A stretch of 64,000 nt of DNA from Tubulanus polymorphus (lineage: Eukaryota > Animalia > Nemertea), in NCBI RefSeq assembly GCF_964204645.1, contig NC_134028.1, positions 16,065,653 to 16,129,652 on the forward strand. Direction: 5' to 3'. The first letter of the stretch is position 1. The number at the start of each line of letters is the position of its first letter. Below, in pieces: positions 1 to 12,700 of the stretch. Both the position numbers and the translations under genes were made by a program. The notes below the pieces were generated by a model, which searched no databases, was not told where the DNA came from, and worked only from the letters and a program-made list of their open reading frames with translations.

Positions 1-687
1 ATAATGCAGTCAAAACTAGTAAGTTTCTGTCGGATTGGGTTAGCTGCAGATATCAGCGGGTTTCCATACTAGTGTTTTACTTCTGGGTTAATTCTTTGAT
101 TATTCTAGCTTCCATTTCTGTGAAGTCTTTTGGGTTTTTGGTCCAAGTGGATATGTTATAATAATTCAATCATTTACTTTCATTTGTGTGACATTTATGG
201 ATACATTTAGGGAAAAATAATGTTATTGCTATGACTCAAATACAAACTACCAAATGCAAGATACCGCACAAATGATGTCATCATTGAAAGTCAATGAGAA
301 AAATAATGGCATTATCTGGATAGAACAACTTTTTGCGAAAGAATACCGGACTTTCAATGTTTATTACCACGCAATGGAACATCTGACTGAAATCTTATCT
401 CAACATTTCATCTTTCTTAAATGGCACTCATCACACAACGAAAGTCTACAGAACAAAAGACGAGTATCGATACACTCCATTTCGTAAGTTATTTCTCGAC
501 AGGTCTCCAGAATGAAAAGAAAGAATTTGTGACAATATGAGTAAGGCCTGCCTTGAGGAAATGGTATTCAAAACCTGCTGATGTCAACAACAAAGCCAAT
601 CAGAGAGAAGGCTTCGCTCTCTGATAGGATTTTAAAAACATTTTGGTGTTCTAATTTTTGGGAAAAAACCCGTTCATCCCTTAAAAC

Positions 688-2841
688 TACAATTTTTGAA
701 ACTAAAATTTGTATTTCCGAGTAGTACTTGGTTTTTTGCCAATTTTTTCTAAACTTGGAATGATCGCCGATGGTTTTTCTATACGACCCGGCCCTGCAGT
801 ATTGCATTTAGCCACTGACAAATTCTACCAACTTTTTATGCCATAGCAGATCCAAGAATGCAGCTATGCGGGGCAGGTGGGCAAGATTCCCACCATAGGA
901 AAGGGTTTGCTAGACTAGCCTAGCACGAGGATGGTGGGAAAGGTTGATAGAAAAACCACCGCTCAATAGAGTAAGAGGGAAGGGAAACTTACCCAAGCAC
1001 AGAATGGAGCACTGTAGTACAAGGACGACCGGTTGGCCACAATAATTCCATCCAGCTCAGGCCCCCCACCGAATTTTGCAGAATTAATACTTGAACATGA
1101 GCTATGTACACGGATACACCCTCATGGTCCTGATAATGCAAACATAAAAATTCTACGCTAAATAAAAAGACGTGAATGTCGATGGAGAATTCCAAAAGGT
1201 GGTCTGATAGACTTCTTCTAAAGGAGCACCTAAAAAGGGTGTGTAGGATATAGCCATAGACCTCACCTGATGAGAAACAACTCCTTCAGAGGAAAAAAGA
1301 ATCTCCTTCAATAAAATGTCCTTGATCAGTGAAGAAACCCATCGGGCCACTGTGTTCCGAGAAGTATCACCCTTCAGGTGATCCAGCAGCAGAATGAATT
1401 ACCGCTCCCGCAAACCCCTTCGTGGAGCAGAATGATCTAAATAAAAACATAAGGCCCATACTGGACATAACGTACTGTTAAGAGAAGAGCTGGTTCAACT
1501 CGATGTTTTAGGGGGTTCAATTCGCCATTGACGACTGACCGAACCTGGCCTTTGGTTCTTTGCGAAAAACTCCAAAGCAGGCCACAGCGGAAAAAAATTC
1601 CTTCGCTGGGCCCAAGATAATATGACCTTGTCGAACTGAAAGTGCATGAATTTAAGAACGACAGGCCTAACGAGCCAAGAACAGCCAGAATAGTCATCTT
1701 TTACAAATTCGCAAATGACACTGTGGAAAGAGGTTGAAATGGAGCCTCCATTACAGAGCCGTTAGAAGGGATTTTTCAGTGGCGAGGCATATTTCTGAAG
1801 GGGGGGAGGTGTGGATGCCCCAGAAAAATTTTGGAGATGCGTTTTGGGCCCATTTCACGGTCTCATTCTCAGAAGCATGAAGTGGTGAGCCAACCGAATA
1901 GTGTAGAGAACGACGAGCTGCTACGCTAAATTTTTTTAGTGATTTTGTGATTTTCGTTCAAACTGCTCTGCATTACCTTCCTCAAAATTGGACAGATCCC
2001 ATGGTGGAGCTATCCCCGGTACCCGAGGCTGGGAAACAGAAAAACTCTGCAACAAGCTGGGATGTCTGATGATCAGCTGTTATGTTTGGCGGTCCAGAAG
2101 CACGGAATGTATGGGAAATCGCGGAGCGGTAAACTTGAATAGTTATAACCTGTAGGCCTTTTACTATAAAAAGATGCAGTAAAAAATCAGCCAATCGAGC
2201 TACAGAGTGTGAGCATGGATCAATTTCCACTGTAGCACACCAATCTGCAAAATTTGGCGTCGTAAATGGAGCTACCAGAACTATGTTGCAATTGACTGAT
2301 CTCTCTACTTGATCCAGCAGAAGGCATCAAACCCCCACGCTTCCGCGTCTGGAAACGGAGAAACAAACAGTGGACACCTCTGATTGAAGCGGGTGGCAAA
2401 AAAAATCGAGCAGCAGATTGCTGTACATGTCTCGAACCCGATTGGCTACTTCTTGGTAGAGAACCCATTCTGTCGCAATAGCTTGACCTTGACAAGAAAG
2501 AGCATCGGCCATCACGTTCCTTTTCCCTGATTAATGTGCCACAGTCAAGAAACGCCCTTTGCCTGGCACCAAAGAAGAATTTTGGCTGACAGATCCGTAA
2601 GGGTTTCTGAGTGCCCCCTTGATTCTGAAGGCAAGCCCTCACTGTTGAATTGTGCATGGCTAACCAAACGTGGTGGCCCTCCATTCTCCTGTGAAAGAGC
2701 TTCAGGGCCTTCCAAACAGCCAGCAGTACCAGAAAGCTTCTCGACGGCCGGGTCGTATAGAAAAACCATTGGTGATCAATCCAAATTTAGAAAATAATCG
2801 CAAAAACCATAGGAAGAGGTACAGTACTCGACGGAAATATT
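688..2841 (-). mobile_element. DIRS1-type tyrosine-recombinase retrotransposon, internally deleted (both ITRs, RNaseH end, MT and YR relics)
   Basis: Inverted terminal repeats at about 708-793 and 2746-2841 (GGTTTTTCTATACGACCCGGCC / GGCCGGGTCGTATAGAAAAACC). Frameshifted YR fragments (YRSAISHT, VARWVSSLI, HQVRSMAIS, FW..TFTSFYL) and an RNaseH-end fragment (HNSTVRACLQNQGGT). Confidence 0.9.
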
Positions 2842-3299
2842 TGGCTTCAAAGGGATTAGAGAACATCTTATGCATTATTGCACGATTTGTTTGAATATAT
2901 GCTATGTTGCTGTGAACAAGGAAAAGAATTCTTAAAGAGGACCTGATTTTGGTCAGTATCAATTTTCAATGAAATTATCTTTTATCAGGGTTCATTGTCT
3001 CAAAACCCAGGTGAAATTCAAGCCATATCAAGCTAGGTTCATACCATTTTCAAGCTGTTTTCCAGGCACGTTGGAAGCAATTTTTGATAGTCGCAGCCAA
3101 TTTGCCAATTTTGCCAATCGCAGCCAATTTTTTACAGGTTTTGACGGGGTTCATATAGAAACGTTTAAAAAGAGGTAAAATTTCCATTCATTTTACAGTG
3201 GAACCTCATCGATATGACTCTGTTAGAGATGAAACCTGTTTGTTACAATGATTTCCAGCAATTCCCAGCTTAGATATTTATATCAATCAAGATTTGGGT

Positions 3300-3807
3300 A
3301 AAGCAATCCCAAATTAATTGTATGTTTGCCGTAACACTGACTCTAATTTTTGGGGTAAGTCGGTAGGTAGGTAGAATCATTTATTGGCAAAATTTTAGGG
3401 CAAAAATTTATCACTTCTTTTAGTGGAAACAATATCCCAAATCTGCATTGCGCACGGGAAATTTGTCTAATTTTCCTAGATTTCAAGAATAAATTTTGAA
3501 ATTAGAACTTCGTCCTGAGCGTCATCTGTGTTCAAAATGAAACAGTAGATTGAATATATGGGCGTTATAACATTACCAGCTTTAATATAGTCACTAAGAA
3601 AGAGTGGCAGCTTATTGGGACACTGCCAATTTCCTGGAAAACTTAAAACCAGCCATCACACTTGACATCGGCAGTGGGTCGGTTGGTGCGCCGTTTTTAT
3701 CAAAAATGCAATTTATTTCAATGAATCCCAGAAAAAAGTTTCCACTTGGTACCTTTAAAGTCGTGTCCGTCGAGTAAGGGAAAACGAACCACTATTTTGG
3801 GATGGCC
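3300..3807. mobile_element. Diverged PIF/Harbinger-type MITE (same family as 44834-45399)
   Basis: Internal similarity to 44834-45399; right TIR TTTTGGGATGGCC followed by TAA; left TIR degenerate. Confidence 0.7.
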
Positions 3808-4104
3808 TAATACGAAATTTGTAATGTTCAATGACTTTGACAAGGCCACGGTGCCTTCAACATGGCTCTTATGCCTGGTGTGGGATTTCAATGCCATCTA
3901 TTTTACATCAATGCTCAGCGACATGCCTGACCAAACTTTCCCCATATTTTCCTAAGTCTCCAGCGGGTTTTGCGAAGTAATGACAGGGGGTCTAGTGGCC
4001 TCCCCCAGAAAATTTTGATCTTTCACATCGTCTAAGATCGTTTTTCAGCAGTTTTCACAAGTCGCAGTGCATGTGGTTTTTGCGATTCAATGCAATTCAA
4101 TTAA

Positions 4105-4523
4105 TTTCTTTCAGAATTCGGGCCAAAATTGACATTCTTGGGCACGTAAAAAGGTCATAGGACGGCTATCCTGAGTCCGATCGACCCAAGTTTTCTTATG
4201 CCGATGGGCCCTTGGGGGATTCAAATACATCCGAAAGGTCAAGATAATTGGTCAACCTGTCTTCAAAAAGATTTCCCTGAAAAAGATTGAAAATGAGTAA
4301 AAAGACCTGATTTTGGCGAACAACAATGGCTTCCGGTCAGCCATCTTGTTTCTGACAGGGCAAGTTTTTGGGCTGAAGATGTGTCCAGTAGATACATGTG
4401 TAACCCAAATATCAAGACATTGCATTGAAGTGTGTTCAAAACTTCCCAAAATAACTGGATTCCGTCTACGTACGGACGGACAAAAGTGAATGCAATAGCC
4501 CGCTGGGACCAAGTGGGCTAAAA
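4105..4523 (-). mobile_element. HINE (Helentron-associated) family B, partial
   Basis: Similar to 23855-24251 and 50245-50667; ends in an ACGG microsatellite plus the hairpin AGCCCGCT..AGTGGGCTAAAAA. Confidence 0.75.
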
Positions 4524-5199
4524 AGTCTTTGTTTCCAGTCCCCTGACCAACCCGATTGAAAGGGAAAAGATGCCGACCCTTAAGTTTATATGGGATGTTT
4601 AGCAAAATAGAAAATAGAATTTTTATACGACCTGAAATAGTTGAAAGCAATAAGTTATTTTATTTTTGTTTTGTTGTTCATATCAGGGTTATCAAAATAC
4701 TGATATCGTAGGATCTTCAACTAGTTGAGGTGCTAAAACATTTTGTTTACACAAGACCGCTGGCGTGAGCTGACGTACACGTGGCTTCCCACAAGCATGC
4801 ACACGATACATAGATCAGCCGGCTGTCATCAGGGCAACCTTTTACTGCGCGAGCGCCTGACTATACACAAGATGATTTATCTTATAATGTATCAATTCAT
4901 GACTCTGCTTGCTTTATCTATTTTGGTTGAAATGAAAAACAAATTGAAATACATAGATAGTATTTGTAAACACAATCTCCCTCTTTTGCCGCCAAAAAGT
5001 CGCATTGGTTCTCTGCAGTAATTAGTGCAACTGATACAAAGGCAGCCCGACTAATCGCGATGATGGATTTAGAGGATATTATAAGCAGGAAGAACCTACT
5101 AATAATGAACCGGCAACAAAACGAATGAGGCATCAGACTCGTTTGCTAATAAAAAGAATTGTAAATAAAGATTTCACAATAAAGTTTGTTGTTTGGTAG

Positions 5200-5421
5200 T
5201 ACATTTTATATTTCATTTCAATCTTCGTTATTTCAATTTGTCTAGACTGAGATCGAAGGATCTCATTGCTTGTGAAGACTGCTCTGCTCTATGTGATGGT
5301 ACTAACAATCTGCTGTGCATGCTTCTGGACTCTGGACATGTCACTTTTGAGTTTGAACCGATAAACCCTGGACTGACGAGACCAGTGACCGGCAGCTTAA
5401 ACCACTCAGCCACTGCGCCTC
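5200..5421 (-). mobile_element. tRNA-derived SINE-like relic
   Basis: Minus strand GGCGCAGTGGCTGAGTGGTTTAAG (A box) ... GGTTCAAACTC (B box); no closing acceptor stem, so not a functional tRNA; the 3' limit is a guess. Confidence 0.55.
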
Positions 5422-5816
5422 TCATCAAAATACGGCGCTTAAACAGCCAGTTACGTTCACACGATTAGTCGGCGATTTTGCACTTAGTAAGCCCAGTATA
5501 GTAGTCACCCAGTGTGCCGATAGGGGGAGTGTAATAAGTGTTTGTATTGTACAACGCGGATGTAAATATGCAGCTAGCTAAACGCCGAATCTGTGTTCAC
5601 ACTACAGAAATCAAACAGCCAGTTCCGTACTGAGATCGAGTTTCCCGCACGGAATCGCATTCCGTCTTAATAAGCCGCGAATAGGCCTGGAATAATATCC
5701 AAGTCTGAACGCTTAGTACCATACTGAAATCCTAGTGTGAACGCAGCTAATGTGTCTTAATGAATACTAACATTAACTTATTAGCATTCCAGCTTGCCAC
5801 ATCCTCCCCACCTATT

Positions 5817-6381
5817 CAGGGATGATAACAGGCCATCATTAATAAGGCCGAAAATTTTAAATATCCTTAACTTAGAAATAACGAACGCCGTAAGGATGAA
5901 GTTACTGGCAGGGGGTCTGGTGGCCCTCCTCCAGAAAATTTTGATCTTTCAAATCGTCTAAGATTGTTTTTCAGCAGTTTTCATATGAAATTTCACTAAG
6001 AAAATCAAACAATATCGTCCATGTTTTACTGTCAACTTACTGCTAGTTCCAAGACAAGTCAAGATGCTCATCACCTATTCATTTGCACAAGAGAACAATG
6101 TAGGCCGCGAAAGCCACTTTAGCACTTTGTGAGCAACACTCAGTGAAAAATCAATAATGCCGAGACATATATCCACAGACACATGGTCGGCCAAAGATAG
6201 AGAAAACTTGGTTAGTATAGATCGGGAAACACTTTTATTATCATAACAATCTATCCTTAAGATGTTGGTTAACCAGTCATCATCCTCACCTACCTACCCC
6301 CCCCCCATTTTTTTCAACGGATTTGCATCAATCTGTGAATTGATAAAAATTGATTGAAAAGGCGAAAAATTATCATCCCTG
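5817..6381. mobile_element. hAT-like MITE
   Basis: 12-bp TIR CAGGGATGATAA / TTATCATCCCTG flanked by a CTATT direct repeat. Confidence 0.65.
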
Positions 6382-6510
6382 CTATTATTCCTCAAGCACC
6401 CTCCTCAATTTGACAGTATGAGGAAATTTGTTTCGATCAATGAAGACTGTTTTTGTCTGCTATACTACGTAGGTCTTGATACTGTACAAAAGTTCATTTG
6501 AATGACTTAC

Positions 6511-6792
6511 TTGGAACTTTAGACGTTTTAGCTTTCGTGTCACGTTTAACTCGCAGTGAGGTTGGCATGAATTTAGTCACATCGCCAATTTGATGCTTGA
6601 TCTGAGGTTTAGCTTCTATTGTGGCTAAATTTTTCTTCTCTTCTTCAGATTTAAGAGGTTTCATGATACTAGGTGGAGCACTAAGAACATTTGGATTCAT
6701 TTGTGATGGTGCAGGAGTCATATTGTGCGATGATGCGTTGGATGGTGATATCACTGTACTTGGTTGACGAATTATTTGCTGCGGCAGAACAC
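6511..6792 (-). CDS. WBP11: WBP11 exon GVLPQQ...NPNVLSAPP...TIEAKPQI...FMPTSLRVKRDTKAKTSKVP
   Basis: ttttag acceptor, A|gtaagt donor, 282 bp; conserved C-terminal motifs. Confidence 0.92.
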
Positions 6793-9700
6793 CTAAAATT
6801 AGAAAAATAATATAACAACACAATGTACACTGATGATAAGGTACATGGTTAGAAGGTACATGTATTTCCCCTTTGCTGATCAATATCTGGTAATTTACCA
6901 GATTAGATCTCAGTTAGGTACAGATATAAAACCCATAACAGCAACTCATTTTCCATTGGGTAAATGAATTCATTATCGCAAATGTTAATCGTAGCTACAT
7001 TTCCCTCTTCAGGCACCGTGCAAGTGATTAAATTTAGTGTCATACAGGTATTCATATATGACTTGAACAATTTATACTGAACTAGTGAATGGATGTATAT
7101 CCGGACATCCCCCCAAAAAACTATTGACGAATATTGCTGTGCTGTTATTTCCAAAGTCATCAGTTATTCCACGAAAATTACCAAGTTTTAAAGAAATTGC
7201 ATGTTATTTGATGTGTATAGAGCAGTAACGAGAAATTCTAAATGTCTGCCTTGGCGACAATCTTGGGAGAGCGAGAAGTAACCCAAACAAGATAATTTCT
7301 GAAGGCAGATTTCGGATGGACACTGCACATATAGGACAAGCCATCAAGGGCCAAATGACATAGGTCGTGTTGTTGTTGATGGGGCGCCTCATTGGCACGG
7401 ATAGTATTATTTGTCAATGTAGACATGCTAAGTTCACTTATGGGGTATTGTTTAAAAGTAACAAGCCTTGAACTAGAGGGGACAATTAAATAGAGCAATC
7501 AATTTAACCCCACCCAAGAAAATGATTGAAATTTGAGGCAATTTCTGGGCATCTAGGAAATTCTCGAACTAGGGGGATTCCAATGTAGCTTAATCAATCA
7601 GTTGGATGAGGAAGCCATGTTCGATTTATAACAAATGAATTGAAGATTCTGATTGTGGTTGAAATCATCTAACAAACAATTGAAAGCGAGTTTGAATCCT
7701 TGAAGCAGCAGCTATTTTCTTACCAGAAAGATTTTAATTAATTTTATTCGAATACAAGAGGTCCATGGACTTTGAGACTTCGAGATAATCGGAAGTTCCA
7801 GTTTGGGAAAAGAAACAGGTCCCACCTCACCGGGCAGGCACCGCAATTTTTTAAACGTATAAATTACATTTACACGTATAACAATATATCTGTCACCACT
7901 TGTGTTGAAATGTAATTTAGAATTCAGTACGGTCTTAATTTCAAAATATGTTTGTTTCCTGGGCTTATTTTCTCAAAGATCCACATGAGCTGAAACTTTT
8001 CGCTGGTAATTCCTTTTGAGGTTTATGTTTGATGCTGTGTTACTCCAGTTTCAAACTGCATATCAGTAAAAACCTCTTAAAGGCAGATGAATAACAGCCA
8101 CAGCAAGAACTTCACGGATAAGACTAAAAATGGTTGTCCAACTTTATCAAATGTTATTGAAAACATTTTCAAAAATATTGCAATATAAAATCACTCAATG
8201 AAAAATAAACATTAAGTAAAGTCCTGATTATAACACATTATTTGTCATTACAAACACAGTTAAGAATGTAACTATATAATTTCAGAAATTAAAAGCGTTT
8301 TCCGAGCACTTAGAGCGATCTTGAGCCCATGAACGACTATTATATTTTGGAAGGTAATGGCTAGTTCCAATGTGGTACATCCTCATTCGATGACATTCAG
8401 CATCTCATGCATTACGGGTCGAGTCCTGAATTATTGCAGTTAAAACGCGCCGATGAATGCTCACTAAAAATCATCACCCAGTAGTGTGTAATATCTGAAG
8501 GCGTTCGCCACACACGCGTGGCAACAGTAAGTAGAGCCTATATACATTACAACTGTTGCCAAAACGCGTGTGTCTGCAACCGATCGATAAAATACATACA
8601 CACTCATTGTAGATACAAAATCAGTGATGCAATCAATATGCATTGAAATGCGATACTTTTACGCGACGATAAATAAAACAGGCACTGAACGCTTTTAAGG
8701 TTCACCTGATTACCGATCGCACCAGACCAATTGAATGAGATCATCACCCCCCCATACTTTTACATCAATTTTCGACTATTTGGAAAATTGATATTTTTCA
8801 ATACCGAAATCTGCGGGAAACCGCGGATCCGCGGGGAATTCTCATCCCTGATGTGTTCTTCCCCAAAAATTGTAGTTCCAACAACAAAGAGGCCTAAATA
8901 ACTAAATCAACAAATAAGCAAAGCTTTCCGACAAAATTTAATAGGTTTAGAGATTTGAATATTACATTGAATATTTTAAAGTTCCGAAGAGAAACTAATC
9001 CTCGCTTGGAAGTTATTTTGCACCAAAGAAAGCAAGTGTCATATGCATTAGCAAAAATGTACTTTGCTATACAAAAGTCCATAAAAATGCCAAAAGGAGT
9101 TGTAAATATTTCATCCACAGCACACTAAAATGTATCTAGTTGTTGTAAATGGTACAGGCCGATGCCCCAACAAATGTGGCTGGTGTGTTTGGGTTACCCT
9201 GATATACATCTAATGATTAAATTAGATATCTCATATCAGAATATCTTACTAGATGATTTACGTGATAATAGAAATAATAACAAGAGGCCCGTGGGCCTTA
9301 TACCTTCATGACGCAGAAGAAGAATGATTCAGTATTCAAAGTTTTACAGAAAGATTTACATTGTAACGATGCTACAATTTTTAAAATAGATGGTATAGGC
9401 TATGTGGTGATGAAGTTCATTTTCTGTTAATATATCCTAACATGAAAAGACAAGCCCATTTTTGCTGCCCAAACATCACAATACATGAATAAATGCATAA
9501 AGAATTGTAGGCAGCATCGTGCTGAAAAGAAATCCAAGATGGATGGCAACCCTTGACCTCAATTTTCAATAAGGGGTAGACATTTCACCTACTAAAATTC
9601 CTACACTAAAGTCTGTCTCAGTCCAGTTTGCCACGGCATATCAAAGCTTTTCTATCATAACATTGCCTGATTCCTGTGGTTACAGCATGGTAACTGCGTT

Positions 9701-12700
9701 CTCCACAGCATGATGTCTGGCAGCTGTATCCAAGAGTGCATATATAGGTTTCTGACTGACCAGAGCCTTCATATCATAAGCATTCTTCGAAAAGTTATAA
9801 TAAATATAGCTGCAAAGCAGCATTAACGGGTTTTCTGCACAGTTTTAGAATCCTGTTCAACGGTCAACACGGTTTTTTATAAAAGGAAGGTCGACAAGCA
9901 GTCAATTCGACCTACTTGAAACCATGGACAACTGGACCATATGGCCTTACTTCACTCTGTAGGCTCTAGACTGAACGTCATAATTAGTCTTTATGGATTT
10001 CGACAAAGCCTTTGATAAGGTACAATATTAGCCATTGCTAAACAAGCTACTAGGAAACATTATCAATGATAGGTCGCTCAAATGGCTCAGCAGTTATATC
10101 TGAACGAAAACAGGTGGCCGAAATCAACGGAACTCCACATCTTGGAATAAGTCGGTCTAACTAGTCGAGTCACGCATGGTAGTAACCTAAGTCGTCTTCT
10201 CTTTACTGTCCTGATAAATGACATACATGTACCGGACCGAGTAAATTTAAAAAACGACCTTAACAAGCTGTGTGCTGTATACATGGCCGGAAACATGGAG
10301 GATGGGCTTCAACCTAAAAGGCATGATATGGATATTGGATACAAAGAAAACCCAGGTTCAGATTATTCTTTATGTTTGAATGAGAAGATTATTTTGTTTG
10401 AATAAAGATTACTCATTATTATAATGAAAAGACTATTTAGTTACACCAAAATTTTGCTTTTTGGAATGAAACATGCTTTGATGAAACAATGTATCTGCTC
10501 GAACGAATAAAAACTTAATGCTCTGAAATCTTGTTCAAATGAAAACAATTCTGTTTGATCGAACAATACGCTTTTTGTTTGAACGAAAACTTTTCTTCAC
10601 TCGGACAAGAAAATGTGTTCGAATAAAAAGCTATGTTATTGTTGAAATTGTTTATTTTGTTGAGTGAAAACAAATTTTGTTGGTACGAATGTTTGAATGA
10701 AAACAATTCTGTTCGATTGGTAATGTTCTGACAAAAAAATTTTGTTCAAATTAAAACGACTCTAATCGATGAAACGATTTTTCGAACGAAAAACCTTTCG
10801 TTTGGACAAAAAAAGTTTGTTCGAACGGACACAACGTCGTTCTAACGATTTTTTCAAATTGGTTCAATCGAACGGAATATTATTGGTTCGAACAAAAAAT
10901 CTTTGACAGTAACTTAAAGCCGGACGAAGGTCAGCCTTGCGACGCGCTCGTCACATTGCGTCGCAAGTGTGGGGGAAAGTCAGTTGCGACATGATTGTCA
11001 GCAACTGTGTGCGACTAGTTTCTGCCAGTTGCTAGAGCGCGTAGGTCGCTTGCCACGGGCGTGTCACGTCGCGTCGGAGAAGGTAGAACAAGAACATGTG
11101 CAACTCTGGTCGCTCACAGTCGCAACCAATCGCTGGCAGTCCCAAGGGAACGTAGGTTAATGAGTCGTTGCGATGCAATCGTCACTGGCGGTCGCAGTGA
11201 CATGAAATACCAGTTTCATCAATGATGAAAAAACTCAAAGGAAAAGTCTGGCTTATAAAGCTGTTTGCTCAGACGAATTTTCTTTTTAAATCTTCATTTT
11301 TGCCAATAAAATTGATAATTGTGATTGATCATTGCAAGTCTTTTGTATTTCTGAGTAGTACTTACCCTTTCCTATGGTTTTTGCCAATATTTTCTAAATT
11401 TGGATTGATCGCCAATGGTTTTTCTATACGACCCGGCGGTATTGCATTTAGCCACCGGCAAAATCCGCCACCTTTTTACGTCATACAGCTATGCAGGGCA
11501 GGTGGGCGGGATTCCCACCATAGGAAAGGGTAAGTACTACTCGGAAATACAAATATTAGTTCCAAAAATTGTAATATTTCCGTTGAGTACTGTACCCTTT
11601 CCTATGGTTTTTGCTAGACTAGCCTAGCACAAGGATGGTGGGAAAGGTAGATAGAAAAACCACCGCTCAAACGCAAGGTAAGAGGGAAAAAGAAAGCACT
11701 TACCCAAGTACGGAATGGAGCACTGTAACACAGGGAAGACCGGTTGGCCACAGTAAGTCCGTCCAGCTCAGGGGCCCCCCGAATTTTGCGAAATTAATAC
11801 TTGCGGATATGAGCCCAAACTATGTACATGGATACACCCCCTGTGATCCTGATAATGCAACAGCAGACCATGGTGAAACTATCCATGGTACCCGAGGCCG
11901 GGAAATAGAAAACCCTGCAACAAGCTGGGATATCCGATGATCCCCTGTTACATTTGGCCATCCAGAAGCAAGCAATGTATGAGAAATCGCGGAGCGGTAA
12001 CCTTTTATAGTTATAACCTGCAAACCTTTTACCACAAATAGGTGCAGTAAAAAATCTGCCAATTGAGCTACAGAGGGTGAGCATGGATCAATTTCCCCTG
12101 CAGCACACCAATCCGCAAAATGACCCCATTTGGCATCGTTAATGGTACTTGTTGATGGCCGCTTAGATCCTGCGATACAGGAGGCAGCCTGTTCTGAAAA
12201 GCCTGAAGCTGACAAGGATCGCTGGACAATGGCCAGGCGAGCAGATTTAACCACTGGCTGTTTGGATGATGCCGAAAGTTCCCCTGAGACAGAAGCGATG
12301 GGAAATTCGGAAGAATCCTGGGGTTGTCGCACAGTAGGTTGAGAAGTGGTAGGAACCATTTCTGAGCCTGCCAACATGGTGCTACCAGAACTATGTTGCA
12401 ATTGACTGATCTCTCTATCTGATCCAGCAAGCGCGGCAGGACTGGTGTGGGCGGGAACGCATACGCATGCATCCCCGACCAGTCCAGAGAGAAGGCATCG
12501 ACCCCCCACGCTTCCGCGTATGGGAACGGGGAAACAAACAGAGGACACCTCCGATTGAACCGGGTGGCAAACAGATCCAGCAGCAGATTGGTGGAGAACC
12601 CATTCTGTCGCAATAGCCTGACCTCGACGAGAAAGAGCATTGGCCATCACGTTCCTTTTCCCTGCTAAATGTGCCACAGTCAGAGACGCCCTCTGTCTGG

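Noticed and set aside
5345-5421. tRNA gene
   Set aside because: A and B boxes are present but there is no acceptor-stem pairing or proper anticodon arm; treated as a SINE head.
10380-10900. TTCGAAC-rich tract as a heat-shock element cluster (also 22430-23060)
   Set aside because: It is a degenerate internal tandem array of a repeat; nGAAn matches are expected by chance in such sequence.
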